This document shows, one piece after another, positions 25,031-36,863 of a stretch of DNA of 64,000 nt. Source of the DNA: Orbicella franksi (Eukaryota). The stretch covers positions 10,912,001 through 10,976,000 of the forward strand of contig OZ116700.1 in NCBI GenBank assembly GCA_964199315.1, given 5' to 3'. Under the pieces are notes generated by a model. It did not search any database. It was not told where the DNA came from and saw nothing but the letters and a program-made list of their open reading frames with translations. Numbering within the stretch: position 1 is the first letter of the stretch; each line of letters starts with the position of its first letter. Both the position numbers and the translations under genes were made by a program.

Positions 25031-26886
25031 TTATTGATAATGTTCTGGTATTCTCAAATACCTGCAGCACTTTATCTCATCAAAAGAGGTCTCCATGGAA
25101 GTTTGATTTTCTTCTAAAACTTTTTCTTCTTGTTGTTGCTTTTGGATATCGATTTCAAGGATAGCGGTCTGAAATTGCGTTTGGCTCAGTGGGACGATAG
25201 TAGACAAGGTATGAAAACATTTTGATTTTTTCAATGGTTCGGTAATTTCTCGAAATTCGACCGGCTTGTTGGAAAAGGCTGTTACATTGCTTAAGGTTTT
25301 CTCATATTCTGGCATAGATGATGTTCGGGATCTGGCGCTGAGTCTCCTCAACGTGCAGGGCGAATTGACACCTGGAGCCAGAAATGTTTGCTCTGAAACT
25401 TCACCATAGGGAGGTTTTGTTTCGAGATTCCTCCAGTCTGCCATGCTTAGGTTCCTACCCTTAGCATTTTCTACCTTCATGGAATATTGAAATTCCGGCT
25501 GGATCTCAGCAAAGACAATATTCTGACCCTTGTTTTGGTTTTCTTGTAGCTCTGTGTCTGTTCCAAAGTCAGCCTGATATAAAGGTTGCTCGTTACTCTC
25601 TGGCTTTTGCAGAAGCGGCTTGGAAATACTCCGGTTCCTGTTCATTGAAGCTCCTCTCCAGCCTAATTTCCGTGCTTGGAAAGCTTTCTTTTCATCTACG
25701 CCACGAGAGTCTGTACCACTTGCCTCAGCTCTCTTAGATTGTGGAGTTCTGAGGGCGGCGAAGTCGTTTATACTGTCATAATCATTGCTATTGGTCTGCA
25801 ACTTTCTTAAGCACGACACGTTTCTTCCTCGCCGAAGAACAGGACTACAACTATTCGACTGCAGTTTGGGTGATGAAGGTGTCGCCTGCACTCCCTTCTC
25901 TTTAGGAGTGGTTTCTTGCTCAAAAGCTTTCATTGTCAATTTTTTTGTCTCTTGTATTCTGCCCCCAGAGTTGTCAGCCGCAGCAGCCCTTGAGTCAGAG
26001 CTATTATCGGAGTCGCTAGTATTTTGTCTAATTTTGTTTAAACACGACAAGCTTCGTGCTCGTTGAAGAACAGGGCTGCGACGAGTCGACAAGAGCTTAG
26101 GTGATGAAGGATTTGAGAAGGGCGTAGGTGATGAAAGTTTTTTGTTTGTCCTCTGGAGTTATTTCTTGTTTAAAAGCTTGACTTGTCAAGTTTTTTGTCT
26201 GAAAAGCTTTTTACGTTTTGTCGCCAGACTGGTGGACCACTGCAGCCCTTGCATCAGCTTTTTTCAGGTTTGGTAGTCTTAGGTCAATAAAGAAAATACT
26301 TTTATTTGCATCAGTTGCATTATTTGGCGCTTTGTTGAAACGGGGAGAGCTTTGTCCTCGTTGAAGAACAGGGTCCCTACGATGCCAGTGCAGTTTTGGC
26401 GACGAGAGAATACCATTGGGAATGATGTCTTTCCAATTTGCCTGCATTGTCAAGTTTTCAGTTTGCGAAACGTTCTGTATTTTGCCATCGGACTGCTCGA
26501 CCGCTGCAACACTTACATCAGCTCTCTTTGGACTTTGGCCGGCTTTGGGAACATTGTTGATATCGAGATCTGTGATGTTATTTGCTAATTGATTCGAGCA
26601 GGTTAACCTTTTACATCGTTGAACTGTGGGAGATGAAGGAACCCCGAGCATGGGTGAAGTACAGCCAAGGAGAAAATTTCCCTCGTTTTCAGCATCATTT
26701 TTCACAGTCGGAATACAAAGAAACTGTATATTTTGAATTTCAGGTGTGTCTTCTTGAAGATGATTGATAGGTGTCAGTAAGTAGCCCGGAAGCAGCCAGG
26801 CACACCAAACAGATGTTGGACATTGGACTAAAATTTTCACTAAATAGTTTTCTTCTTGGTCTGACAATATTAACTAGTTGATATCT
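25031..26886 (-). pseudogene. Degenerate terminal exon of a Ser/Pro/Arg-rich tandem-repeat protein ending in CRYLR; its 5' part lies beyond the LINE at 33864-33912
   Basis: ORFs 26867-26211 and 26092-25031 share about four SSPKL..SPVLQR repeat units and are separated by an in-frame TAA (26211-26213) and a 1-nt frameshift. C-terminal FDEIKCCRYLRIP parallels YQELEHCRYLRLP at 36.9 kb. Confidence 0.65.
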
Positions 26887-27336
26887 GTTTTTTTTTTTTT
26901 TTTTTTATTAGCCACTAATAAACATTATTTTATTTTGTTTTTTAATACCAATAATAACAATAATAATAATAATAATTTTTTTTTTTTAAATGAAGCACTT
27001 TATTAATACACCTAAAACACACGTACATTACACTTACATGCACTGTTGAAGTTTTACAATGTTCAATAACTTTTCTCATACACGAAAGAAAAAGAAAACG
27101 TGACAGCTAAGTAACTACACAGAACAAGAAAAAAATATACAAATACAAAAAAAAAAAAAAAAAAAAGGTGGGGGTCTATGCATTATCTTTAAGTATTACA
27201 ATTTTTAACGCTACATTATTGATATTAATTGAGAGCATTTTTGGATTTACTACGTTTACCTTGTATTGTAATAACTTTGTTAATTAATCAACTTAATACC
27301 CCATAAGTGGTGCTTTTTAGATAAGCGATTTTACGT

Positions 27337-30300
27337 TTAAGCACATTTTTCTAGTTTCCATTGAACAATCAGTTTATTTACAAGTTCATCTAGAGACAAT
27401 TCTTTCTGAAGATATTTAGAAGCATAGATATATTGTTTGACCAGGATGATGAACAAATCTAGCTTGCGTTTTAAAGGGTCTGACAGCACATCAGTCACGT
27501 GACTTGTGTCATGAAAAGCAATTTGTTCTTTTGAAAGTATTATCTCAGTACTTTGAGAATGATTGAACCATGATATAATTTGTGAATAAAGTTTTACAGA
27601 CTCCTTGCAATCAATAAACGTATGTTCTATTGAATCCGCGTTAAAGCAATATATACATTTATTGTCCTCGGCTAAATGATATAGTTTAAGTTCTTTCTTC
27701 GTTACAATTGTTCTATGTAAGAAACGAAAACAAAATTGGCGAAGTTTATTGTCCTTAGTGAGGCGATATATATCTTGAAAGCATCCAATCCAGTCACCAA
27801 GTTTTTCAGGAAATTTACTCTGCCACTTTTTTACACCACTCGGGACAATAGGGGTATGATTATTAAACAATTGGTAATAATTTTTGCAGCGTGCTTCAGC
27901 CAGATTAATTAGTGTTTGATTTGAAAGAATGGATGGGGAGGTCGAAGAAAGATCAGCTGCAGGTATAAAAGTTTGAGTTGCTCTCCTTTTCAACTCAGAT
28001 GGAATGGCTGAAATTAGCTGAAAGTAATGCATATAATTTGTGGTGATGTTAAACTTGTTGCTGAACTCTTCATATGATAGAAACTTTCCCTTAGAATTTA
28101 GCAAATCCTTTATCGTCACAATTCCGCGTTCAAACCACGATTTCCAAAATAGAGTTGCATTATCTATAATTATTGAATTGTTATTCCAAAGAATGAGTTC
28201 GCCATTTGGAAAGATGTTAGCTGTATTTTTGAGATCTTGAAAATATTGAAGAAGTTCTCGATAAAAGAGTGGCAGATCTGTTTTCAAACGTTTTACATTA
28301 TAATTACACTTAAGGAGAAATAATAAACCACCATAATTTCGAAAATAGTAATTAGGGATTACCTTCCATTTATCGTCAGACTCGCCTAGTAATCTACCAA
28401 TCCAAGCCAAGCGTAATGATTTAACGACCATGTAAAAATTAACAAAATTAATTCCTCCTTCTGCTACTGGTTGATACATAACCATTCTTTTTATTTTGTC
28501 TTTCCTGTTTTTCCATAGAAAGGCGAACAGATTCTCTTGAACTGTCTTAATAACCGATTCTGGAACGGTCAGCATAGATGCTGCATACACTAGCTGTGAT
28601 ATACCTAAAGCTTTCACCAGTAAAGACTTTCCATATATTGTGAGGTCTCTTGAAAGCCATAAATTTAATTTTGTTTTCATTTTGTTGATCTTATCATAAA
28701 AATTTTTCTCAGTACATTTACTTTTGTTGTAGGATAAATGGACGCCAAGAACTTTAATGGGTTCTTTAGTTGTTTTAAAGTCAAGTACTTTCAAATTACT
28801 ATCTTTCACAGAGCCGATCCACATAACTTTAGTTTTCTTCTTATTTAATTTCAATCCAGAAATAATTCCAAAACAATCCAAGATCTGTAAATAGGGTTTG
28901 AGAGATTCAACATTTTTCGTTGTTATAGTGGTGTCATCAGCAAATTGTGAGATTTTGATCACCTGGTCATCTGGGAGGTCAACGCCTCTGCAGCTTGGTT
29001 CTTGGCGTATCTTTATTGCTAGCAGTTCCACCGCAAGGATAAATAAGAGAGGACTTAGCGGGCAACCTTGACGAACTCCTCTTGATATATTGAAATAGTT
29101 GGTCAAAAATCCACCATTTATAACTGCGCTTTGTACACCATTATAAAAGATTGATATCCATCTTTTGACATTTGGGCCAAAATTGAAAACATTCAAGGCT
29201 TTAGCAATAAGATCCCATTCAAGGCTATCAAAAGCCTTCCCGAAGTCTATAAAAAGGAGACGTCCCGAGGTCTTTTTAGCATTTAGATATTCAATTATAT
29301 CGCTTAAAAGTCTTATGTTCTGGCCTATATACCTTAACAAATCCAGTTTGATCTGAATTAATTAATTTTGGGGGGTATTTTTCTATTCTTTTTGCCAAAG
29401 CTTTAGTCAAAATTTTATAATCAATATTTAGCAGTGATATTGGACGCCGGTTGGAAAGTTCGGACAGATCCCCATCAGCTTTTGGTATTAACGTTATTAT
29501 TCCCCTCCTTTGAGAAATAGATAAAGACCCACCTTGAAAAGCTGCATTATAAGAATTTAGCAGATCTCGCTAAATGAGATCATAAAAAGACTCATAAAAT
29601 TCTTTAGTGAATCCATCCTCACCGGGAGTTTTGTTGTCCGAGAAAGAGCTCACCGCCTCTTTTAATTCTTCAAAGGTAAAATCATGTTCTAGCGAATCTT
29701 GCTCATCAACATTCAGTTGAGGGATTTCAATACCTCCAACAAAAGACTCGAAACTCTTGTTTTCACCTTGAGATTCACTTTTTAGATTTTTGGATGTGTA
29801 CATATTACTATAAAATTTCTCCAATTCTTTCTCGATCTGTTTTGGTTCTGATACTCTATCGCCATTCTCTAATTTCACCTCGCGTATAAGTTTTTTTTCA
29901 TAATTCGTCTTCTCCAAGTTAAAAAAATATTTTGTGGGTTTTTCGCCCTGTTCCAACCATTTTACTTTAGGTCTAAAGATAGCCTCTTTTCCTTTCTGTT
30001 CATATATCTTTTTCAATTCTTCTTCGGCGGCTTCATACTCCACAAAGATGTTTCGATCTAAAATTTCAAAATCCGTATTACAAATTTTATAGTCGAGGTC
30101 TTGTAGTTCTTTTTGAAGTGTTGATTCCCTTTTCCTAAGTTCTAATCTTTTTTCTTTAGAATATTTAATTGTTTTCATTCGTAATTCCATTTTGATTAAT
30201 TCCCACAATAATTGCTTATCTTTAACATAGACGTATTTCTCGTGTATTTGGGGATAAAAGAATACAATACGTTCTTTAAAATCATCATCTTCTAGAAGAG

Positions 30301-31070
30301 AGTTGTTGAATTTCCAGGTGCCCGGACCTCTGTTGAACTCATTTCTAATGTTAATTTTTAAAAAGGTAGCTTTATGATCCGGTGCAATTGACACTCGAAT
30401 CTCAGCAGTTTGGACTTCAATGGAGATCGAGCGGGAAACAAGAATGAAATCTACTCTCGATTTCAAGTTTATAGTTTTAGATTCGTAGGTAAAGGATTTT
30501 GTGTTTGGATGCAATTTTCGATAGATATCTATAAGGTTCAATTCGTTCATAAGATTGCTAACCGCGTCTCTATAGTTTGTGGATTTCCAAACTACACCCC
30601 CACTTTTTATCTGCTTTAGAAAGTGTACAGTTCCAATCACCCGCGATAATTAACCTAGGGGAGTCCGTTTTTCTCACGAGAAATTCACTTAAATTCTTTA
30701 TAAATTCGTTTTGTTCTCGATAATCAGTTGGTGCATAGATATTTACAATGAAAAATGTTTCCTCGAAGATTTTAAGTTTTGAAATCAAAATTCTGCCTTG
30801 ATGATCCGATTGAACGACGTCGAAGTTAATAGATGAATTTGGATTCAATAGAATGCATACGCCCTTAGAATGCGCAGTTCCGTGGCAAAAGAGAATTTTT
30901 CCGCGCCATTCCGCCGACCATATTTTCTCATCATCCGGTTGCGAATACTTCTCCTGTAAACAAAAGATAGTAGCTTTTTGCTGTTTTAAATAACAAAACA
31001 TTGCTCTCCTTTTGTTTGGATTTCTTATACCTCGCACATTTAGCGAGAGAATTTTTAATTTGCATGCCAT
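27337..31070 (-). pseudogene. LINE ORF2: AP endonuclease, reverse transcriptase and C-terminal CCHC zinc finger, disrupted
   Basis: Motifs SLNVRG, NIYAP, GDWN, SRVDF, PDHK, GTWKFN, PGEDG, RPISLLNIDYK, DFGKAFDS, GVRQGCPLSPLLF, QFADD, CIYC...EHTFIDC. Frameshift near 30605, nonsense TAG at 29570-29572, further indels at about 29330-29380. Confidence 0.95.
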
Positions 31071-31450
31071 TGCTGTGTGAAAAGGTTGATTGCATAACCT
31101 ATATTGTTAAAGAAATGCATGACCCAAAGGTTGAAAATCTTTACGTAAAAAGAGACGAAAAAAGACATAAAGCTAACAAAACACTGCTTAATTAAGGTAA
31201 AAAAAAGTACAAGACAAATTAAAGTTAAAGAATTAATTAGCAAAAAACAGAATAATGTACCTAGTAGCTCAACAAAGAAAGTTTGGCACAACTAAACAAC
31301 AACGTCTTCTCACTTCTGGGAATTAACAAACTAACCGGCTATCTGAGCCTCGAAATCCTAGGTGTTTACTAGAGAGGTCGACAACTTGACGTATTTAAGT
31401 ATGCAAAATTAACAAAGCTAAAAATTTGTTTAAGGTTCATCATTTTAGAT

Positions 31451-31786
31451 TTATAAAGCCTTTAGATCTTCGTAGGAGTCAATCCTTTGAGCTTTGGAAG
31501 TGAGTTCCGGTTTGAAGAAAATTTTCCCGTCTACAGTCCACGCTTTGCCGTTATGATATTTTTTCCTAACTTTTCTTACCTCTTTAAAGAGCTCAGTCCT
31601 CCATGATGTTAAATTCTCATTGATGTAAATCTTGCCCGGTCCTAAGCCATGTGAGGTCACATTTCTAAGATACGATCTAGCTTTATATAACTTGTTCTTG
31701 GCGTTGTAACTTGCAAAACGGACGATAATTGGACGAGGTTCGGTCTTAGATTTTGTGTTTAATCTATGAACTATGTCAATAGAGTT
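31451..31786 (-). pseudogene. LINE ORF1, C-terminal part
   Basis: SIDIVHRLNTKSKTEPRPIIVRFASY...IYINENLT...AWTVDGKIF, an L1-ORF1-like RRM/CTD that continues the 33755-33253 segment. Confidence 0.85.
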
Positions 31787-31790
31787 CTAA

Positions 31791-33248
31791 AGCTTTGACG
31801 TCACGTTGTCATGGAAGCAGAATTTTCTGTTCTAAACAAACGCGCTCAGCGAGAAAAATGGCGTCGCTTTCAATCGCTTCGTTGATCTCTTTCTTCTTTG
31901 AAGAAAAAAAATCCATTGAGCGGGGAGAAAATCATTATAAATCGGATCATATTGAGTCATTCAGTTACCAACAGGGTGTTCTACGCGGAGAGGTCCATGC
32001 AAGCATGAAAAAAAAGGTCTACAAAGTCACGGTGAGTAGAGCGATCGTTTTTAAACAGTTGCCGAAGTAATATTTGTAGATATTCAGCACGCATCCTCTT
32101 GTTTTCTCCTTAAATTTCACGATTCAGCGTTAGTCAGTTTATATTTATTTCAACTTCTACGGCTCCTTGAAACAGTTAAAGCGTGTAGGCCTTTTTCGTC
32201 CGAAAATCGTAAAGCTACGATCGTCTATCAGAGAAGTTATGTTGACTTAGTTTTCTTATGTTGTACTTCTCATCTGAACCCTTTTAGATATACCTAAATG
32301 AGCAATTTGACATAAAATCCACGGAGTGTGAATGTCCAAGGGGTAAATTCAAATGCAGCCACGCAGCTGCACTTTTTATCCACGGCATTCACAACCTCAG
32401 CCGCACGGACATCGAGTGCCAATGGAGGAAGAGGAAGTCAAACAGCTCCCTGTCACTGCTGGCAGTCGAAGAAATGTTTCCCCTGCCAAAGAAGTATGTG
32501 GCGATCTCTAGAACTCCTGATGCATTAGATCGGTCTGCACTCTATGAAGACTTGAAAGAGTATGGTAGATTCACTGGTCTGTGCTGGCTTATGAGCCCTG
32601 AACCAGCACCCGAAGCCAAACTGCCCATTCCAACAATTGAAGAAATTATTTATTCAGACGAGTTTCTTCAAACCAGAGAGTCCCAACAACAGCTGGATTG
32701 CTTGGTGCGTAAAGCCAAGGTCGACGAAAGGGATATCGTCTTAGTCAGTGAAATGACTGTGGGCCAGCGAGACAACCCAACCTGGCATCTTGCAAGAAGA
32801 GGAAGACTGACTGCAAGCAATTTTGGCTCTGTTTTGCAGGCAAAAAGAGTCACTCCATCCCTTCTGAAACGACTCCTTGGGGAGTATGATTTGTCCCGAG
32901 TTAAGGCAGTACAGTGGGGGGTAAACAATGAAACAGAAACTCTCAGAGCATTTACAAGGTTAACTGGAAAGACTGTCCTGGAAACTGGAATATGGCTGGA
33001 TGCTTCTGGAATTATTGGTGCCTCCCCTGATGGCCTAGTGGATGAAGATTCTGTTTTGGAAGCAAAGTGTCCCTACACGGAAAGAAACATGACAATTGAA
33101 GAGGCAGTCAACACCTCTCCCAATTTCTGCTTGGAGAAAACTGAAGGTGGCCAATATGCTTTGAAGAAAGAACATGTTTATTGGCATCAAATTCAAGGGG
33201 AGATGTACTTCTCTCGCCGGAAGTTTTGTTATTTTGTTATCTGGACAG
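31791..33248 (+). mobile_element. Truncated DNA-transposon fragment carrying a SWIM zinc finger plus YqaJ (lambda-exonuclease-like) gene, inserted in LINE ORF1
   Basis: It splits ORF1, and CTAA is present at both junctions (31787-31790, 33249-33252). The gene ATG is only 67 bp from the left end. Confidence 0.75.
31858..33248 (+). CDS. SWIM-YqaJ nuclease, join(31858..32031,32288..33248), 3'-truncated
   Basis: Phase-0 GT-AG intron at 32032-32287. SWIM motif CECPRGKFKCSH. YqaJ motifs WHLARRGRLTASNFG, WGVNNE, GASPDGLV, LEAKCP, YWHQIQGEM, CYFVIWT, after which it runs into LINE sequence. Confidence 0.85.
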
Positions 33249-33252
33249 CTAA

Positions 33253-33755
33253 TTCACATTCAAAAGTTTTCCCAATTCAGTTACATTCTCCGCATTATCT
33301 TCTTCTTCGCGTTCAGCGATCCCATGTATCACTAGATTAAACTTTCGAGTGTACTGTTCTAAATCGTCATGTCTTGCTTCAACATCGTCCAATCTTTGTT
33401 CTATTTCTTTCGAATGTGCTTTGGACTTCGACAGGTCATCTTCAAGTGATTTTACTTTGGATTTTAAGCTCTTGTTTTCTTCCATCAAAATATTTACTTG
33501 GACCTTTGTGGAAGCTAAATTTTCTTGCAGCTCTTTGTAAGTTACCTTTAACAAGTCCACGTCATTTACTAGCTTCTCTGTGTTTGATTTGATTTCCGTG
33601 AGAACTTTCCACACATCGGCCAGTGATGGCGCCTCGTCGATGCTGTCTTCGGACGCCATTTGTGGGCCTGAAACTTCGTCTTGGAATGTTGAAGAGCCTT
33701 CTAAACTTGAGGAACTACTTAACTTCTTGCGTTTTCTTCTTCTATTTCTTGTCAT
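33253..33755 (-). pseudogene. LINE ORF1, N-terminal part (basic leader, coiled coil, DLEQYTRKFNLVIHGI motif)
   Basis: ATG at 33755, heptad-rich coiled coil, conserved L1/CR1-type ORF1 motif, interrupted at LNVN. Confidence 0.85.
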
Positions 33756-36700
33756 ATTCAACTATCCCCTACATTTTCAAGCATTTTGCCTCTCGAGCGA
33801 GCGAACTTAAAAACGTGCGTCCATCCTTGGCGTCAGCTCGTCCCAGTCAACTAGTTGATATCTTACTAAACCCATTCGATCACAGTAACTTCAGACCTTC
33901 AGGAAGTCTTCCCTAAAGAAAGATATGAGTGCCAATTTTCCTTCTGTTTTGAACTTTTTAAAACGATAAAATTTATTCAGTTGGGTGTGTAGGTGCTGTA
34001 ATCTGTTGTAAAGGTTTAAGTTACAGATAAACCAGTGATATTTCGGGAATGAAACCAGCCTTGAATTAGTGACAATCTTAGTCCAAGACTCTATCCAATC
34101 CAATCGTTTGTCTCAAGACCCATCTTTTTCCAGTGCCAAGCCCTGACGGCTAAAGGGTGCAGGCAACCCACGGGACGAGATTCAGGAAAGGCCTGGGGAC
34201 GAGGTTGATGTTGAATTGAAAACTGTAAAGGTGAAGCAAATTGTTTTCAAATTCTGCCTTCGTGTCTTTGAAAAATAGCTTAAACCTAACTATAGACTTC
34301 TCTCCCCCAGTGGTACGGAGCGAAAGTTCTTAGTCATTGTTTTGACCAAAAAATACGTCACAATCAACGTAAAACCATTTAACTTCGCGCAAAACCGCAA
34401 AAAACAAAGTGCTTAATAGCGGCTGCCAAATATTTTATATGTCCTTCATTTTTGTTTGCGTAAACCTGTTTCCAAAATAGGTGTTTAGCTAAATTCCATT
34501 AAGTACTCAGGCTAGTTATTTGTCAATCATTCCTTCGTACTCGAAATATGTTAAACTGCCAAAATATTCTTTTTGTCACTGATTGTTAAGAATTCTTTAC
34601 ATAACGTTCAATGAATTTTATACTCAAAAATATACCTTATTGGTATTATGTAGCTGTTCTTCATACCCTTTTTCGTACCGCTACGCTAAATTATTAGTGC
34701 ATTATAACTCTGACATTGGTTTCCCAAATCAGTACCAGTTACAGCAGCCCTGCCTAGTCAATTAGTTAATGTGTTAAAGGTACCATGATATAATGATCTC
34801 TTTTCAATGTGACAGAGACAAGCTGACTATCTCATAGTCTAAAGGAGGCGCCAACCCGTCGACCACCTAATCCATCCATTTACAGTTAATAGCTATATGA
34901 GAACAATCGTACGTGGCAAAGAATGATTTATTTGTTTTTAAACAGCGCTAATTCTATGACTGTAAACCTCTTAGAAGTTAAAATTCAATACTTTAACGGA
35001 AATCGAAAAGTTTAAAGTTTACAATAAATTGTTTCTGTGTTGTTCTAATTCATGTAATGAAACTTTAATTCGAACCTTAAATAAGAAGAAATTGTTGTTT
35101 AATCGCGAGCATGGCTGTAATTGGATTATCATTGTTATTTTGTCCCTGTGTAGAAGCTATATTTTTCCCGCTTTTTGTAATATTGTGTCTCGCTTAAACT
35201 TCCGCCGCTCAGAACCGAGACGAAATGCAATCTGGCTCCACCCAGATCAGATTTCTAATCTTCTGAGCATTTGCTTACAGCAGTTTGATTGCTTTCCACT
35301 CAGGCTGGAAGCGAAGTAATGTCTCGAATAAACAAAAAATAGGAAAAAAATTATTCTTTCAGTGATCGATTTGTCGTATAATGCGGTCCGGAAAATAGAA
35401 CGGTGCTGAGGGAAAGATTTATTATCATATGATAGCAAGGGCACTTCAGTCGGTGGAAAACAAATAATTTGTTGAGGTGTGACTAATAGGTAGTCACCAC
35501 TTCTCACAACGCTCTGTCTATTACAAAATAACTTTAGTAACTAGGGCTTTTTACTGGTTTGCTAAATTATGGTAACCTTATCCTCCTCTTTTCCGTAGAC
35601 TTTATAAAAAATTATATAGGAGACAAATAAGTAATCAATTGGAGAAACGCTCGCAAAAATGTTAGGAAAAAACAGGAGGGGTAAAGACTCTTGGCTTAAA
35701 CAACGTCAGTCACTTTGGTCTGTGAAATAAAATCAAACTGGACTCTTAGGAAGGTTCTCAAAATGTGATATGGGCAGATATATTTTTTCACACAGAAAGA
35801 TTTGATCTCATAATGTAGCGGTATCTAGTGAGATTATCTAATGAACTTTTGATGTGTTGGTAAGAATATTGCATTGATATTGTGGACGAATTCATGTGGA
35901 AAACGTTTGTTTGATGAACTGAAAAGGAAGCAACCTAGTACATGTATTTGTTTTCTGAAAGATGCACATGGTGAAACTCAGAACGCTGACGGGAAAATCT
36001 CGACAACACAGACGGTTTCAGTATAAACTAAAGTGCATGCTACATCTGCCATGCCCTGATACAAGAACATCAAGTTCTAGAGGTCATTTTTAACGACTCT
36101 TCCGTAAATTCATACACTTAATACGTTTTCAATATCACATTTTCACTAACCAACCTCAAGTTGTACAGCCTCTCGGCTTGCAGCCCTTTGACTTTTCCTG
36201 TGACCAAACTTTTCAAAGATGTAATGTTTTTGTTTCAACTTCAGCGTATTACTATGTGAACGAAAGGTTCTCAGCATTCCCCTTTCCTCCTTCTCCAAAG
36301 ACACAAGCGTTTGCTTCAATATCTTGCTATTCATCTTATGAAAGATACACTCGAACAAGGGTTACTTCTTGTACTTCAAAAAAAAAAAAGAGTAGTGCTA
36401 ATGTCTCTTCTTACAAGAACAGAAAACAAAACACTGGGGTTACCACACATGTTTACAGCCGATATTTATGTGTACTGGGTGACAGGTCAATACGGCAGAT
36501 ATTTACTTAGCGCTCATTGGCTGGGGGACTGATAACCCATAAATCATGCAGCGGGTCCTTTTGTAGAATCACAAAACCACTCGCTAACAAACAAAGCGAA
36601 ATATTGTGAATTGGGAATCTTGCTTTATTACGTTGATTTGCTAGTAATAAGCTTGGAATTATCATCAATGATATGGTACCAAAAACTGAATATAAATAAA

Positions 36701-36863
36701 TTACTATTGTGTGGTCAAGTTGTAAACAAAACGAAGCGGGTGCTGTAAAGCATCACTTTATCAATCGTTGAGCAAAGTACATTGTTTGACTTTCTCAGAA
36801 TCCCGTAAAGACTTGCTATTTACAGTAATTACACGAAGCAGCGCTGACATAAAAACGTAGCGC

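Larger units (their letters stand above)
26887..33848 (-). mobile_element. Full-length but inactivated non-LTR retrotransposon (Tx1/L1 clade)
   Basis: 15-bp TSD AACTAGTTGATATCT at 26872-26886 and 33849-33863. Poly(A) on - at 26888-26906 and 26976-26987. ORF1 plus APE-RT ORF2, with a short 5' UTR. Confidence 0.95.

Noticed and set aside
33249-33340. C-terminal tail of the 288-aa ORF (ANSHSKVF...)
   Set aside because: It is antisense LINE ORF1 sequence, so the ORF is chimeric.
35100-35330. Possible decayed exon 1 of the CRYLR pseudogene
   Set aside because: Similarity to the 41037-40792 exon is too weak to support by eye.
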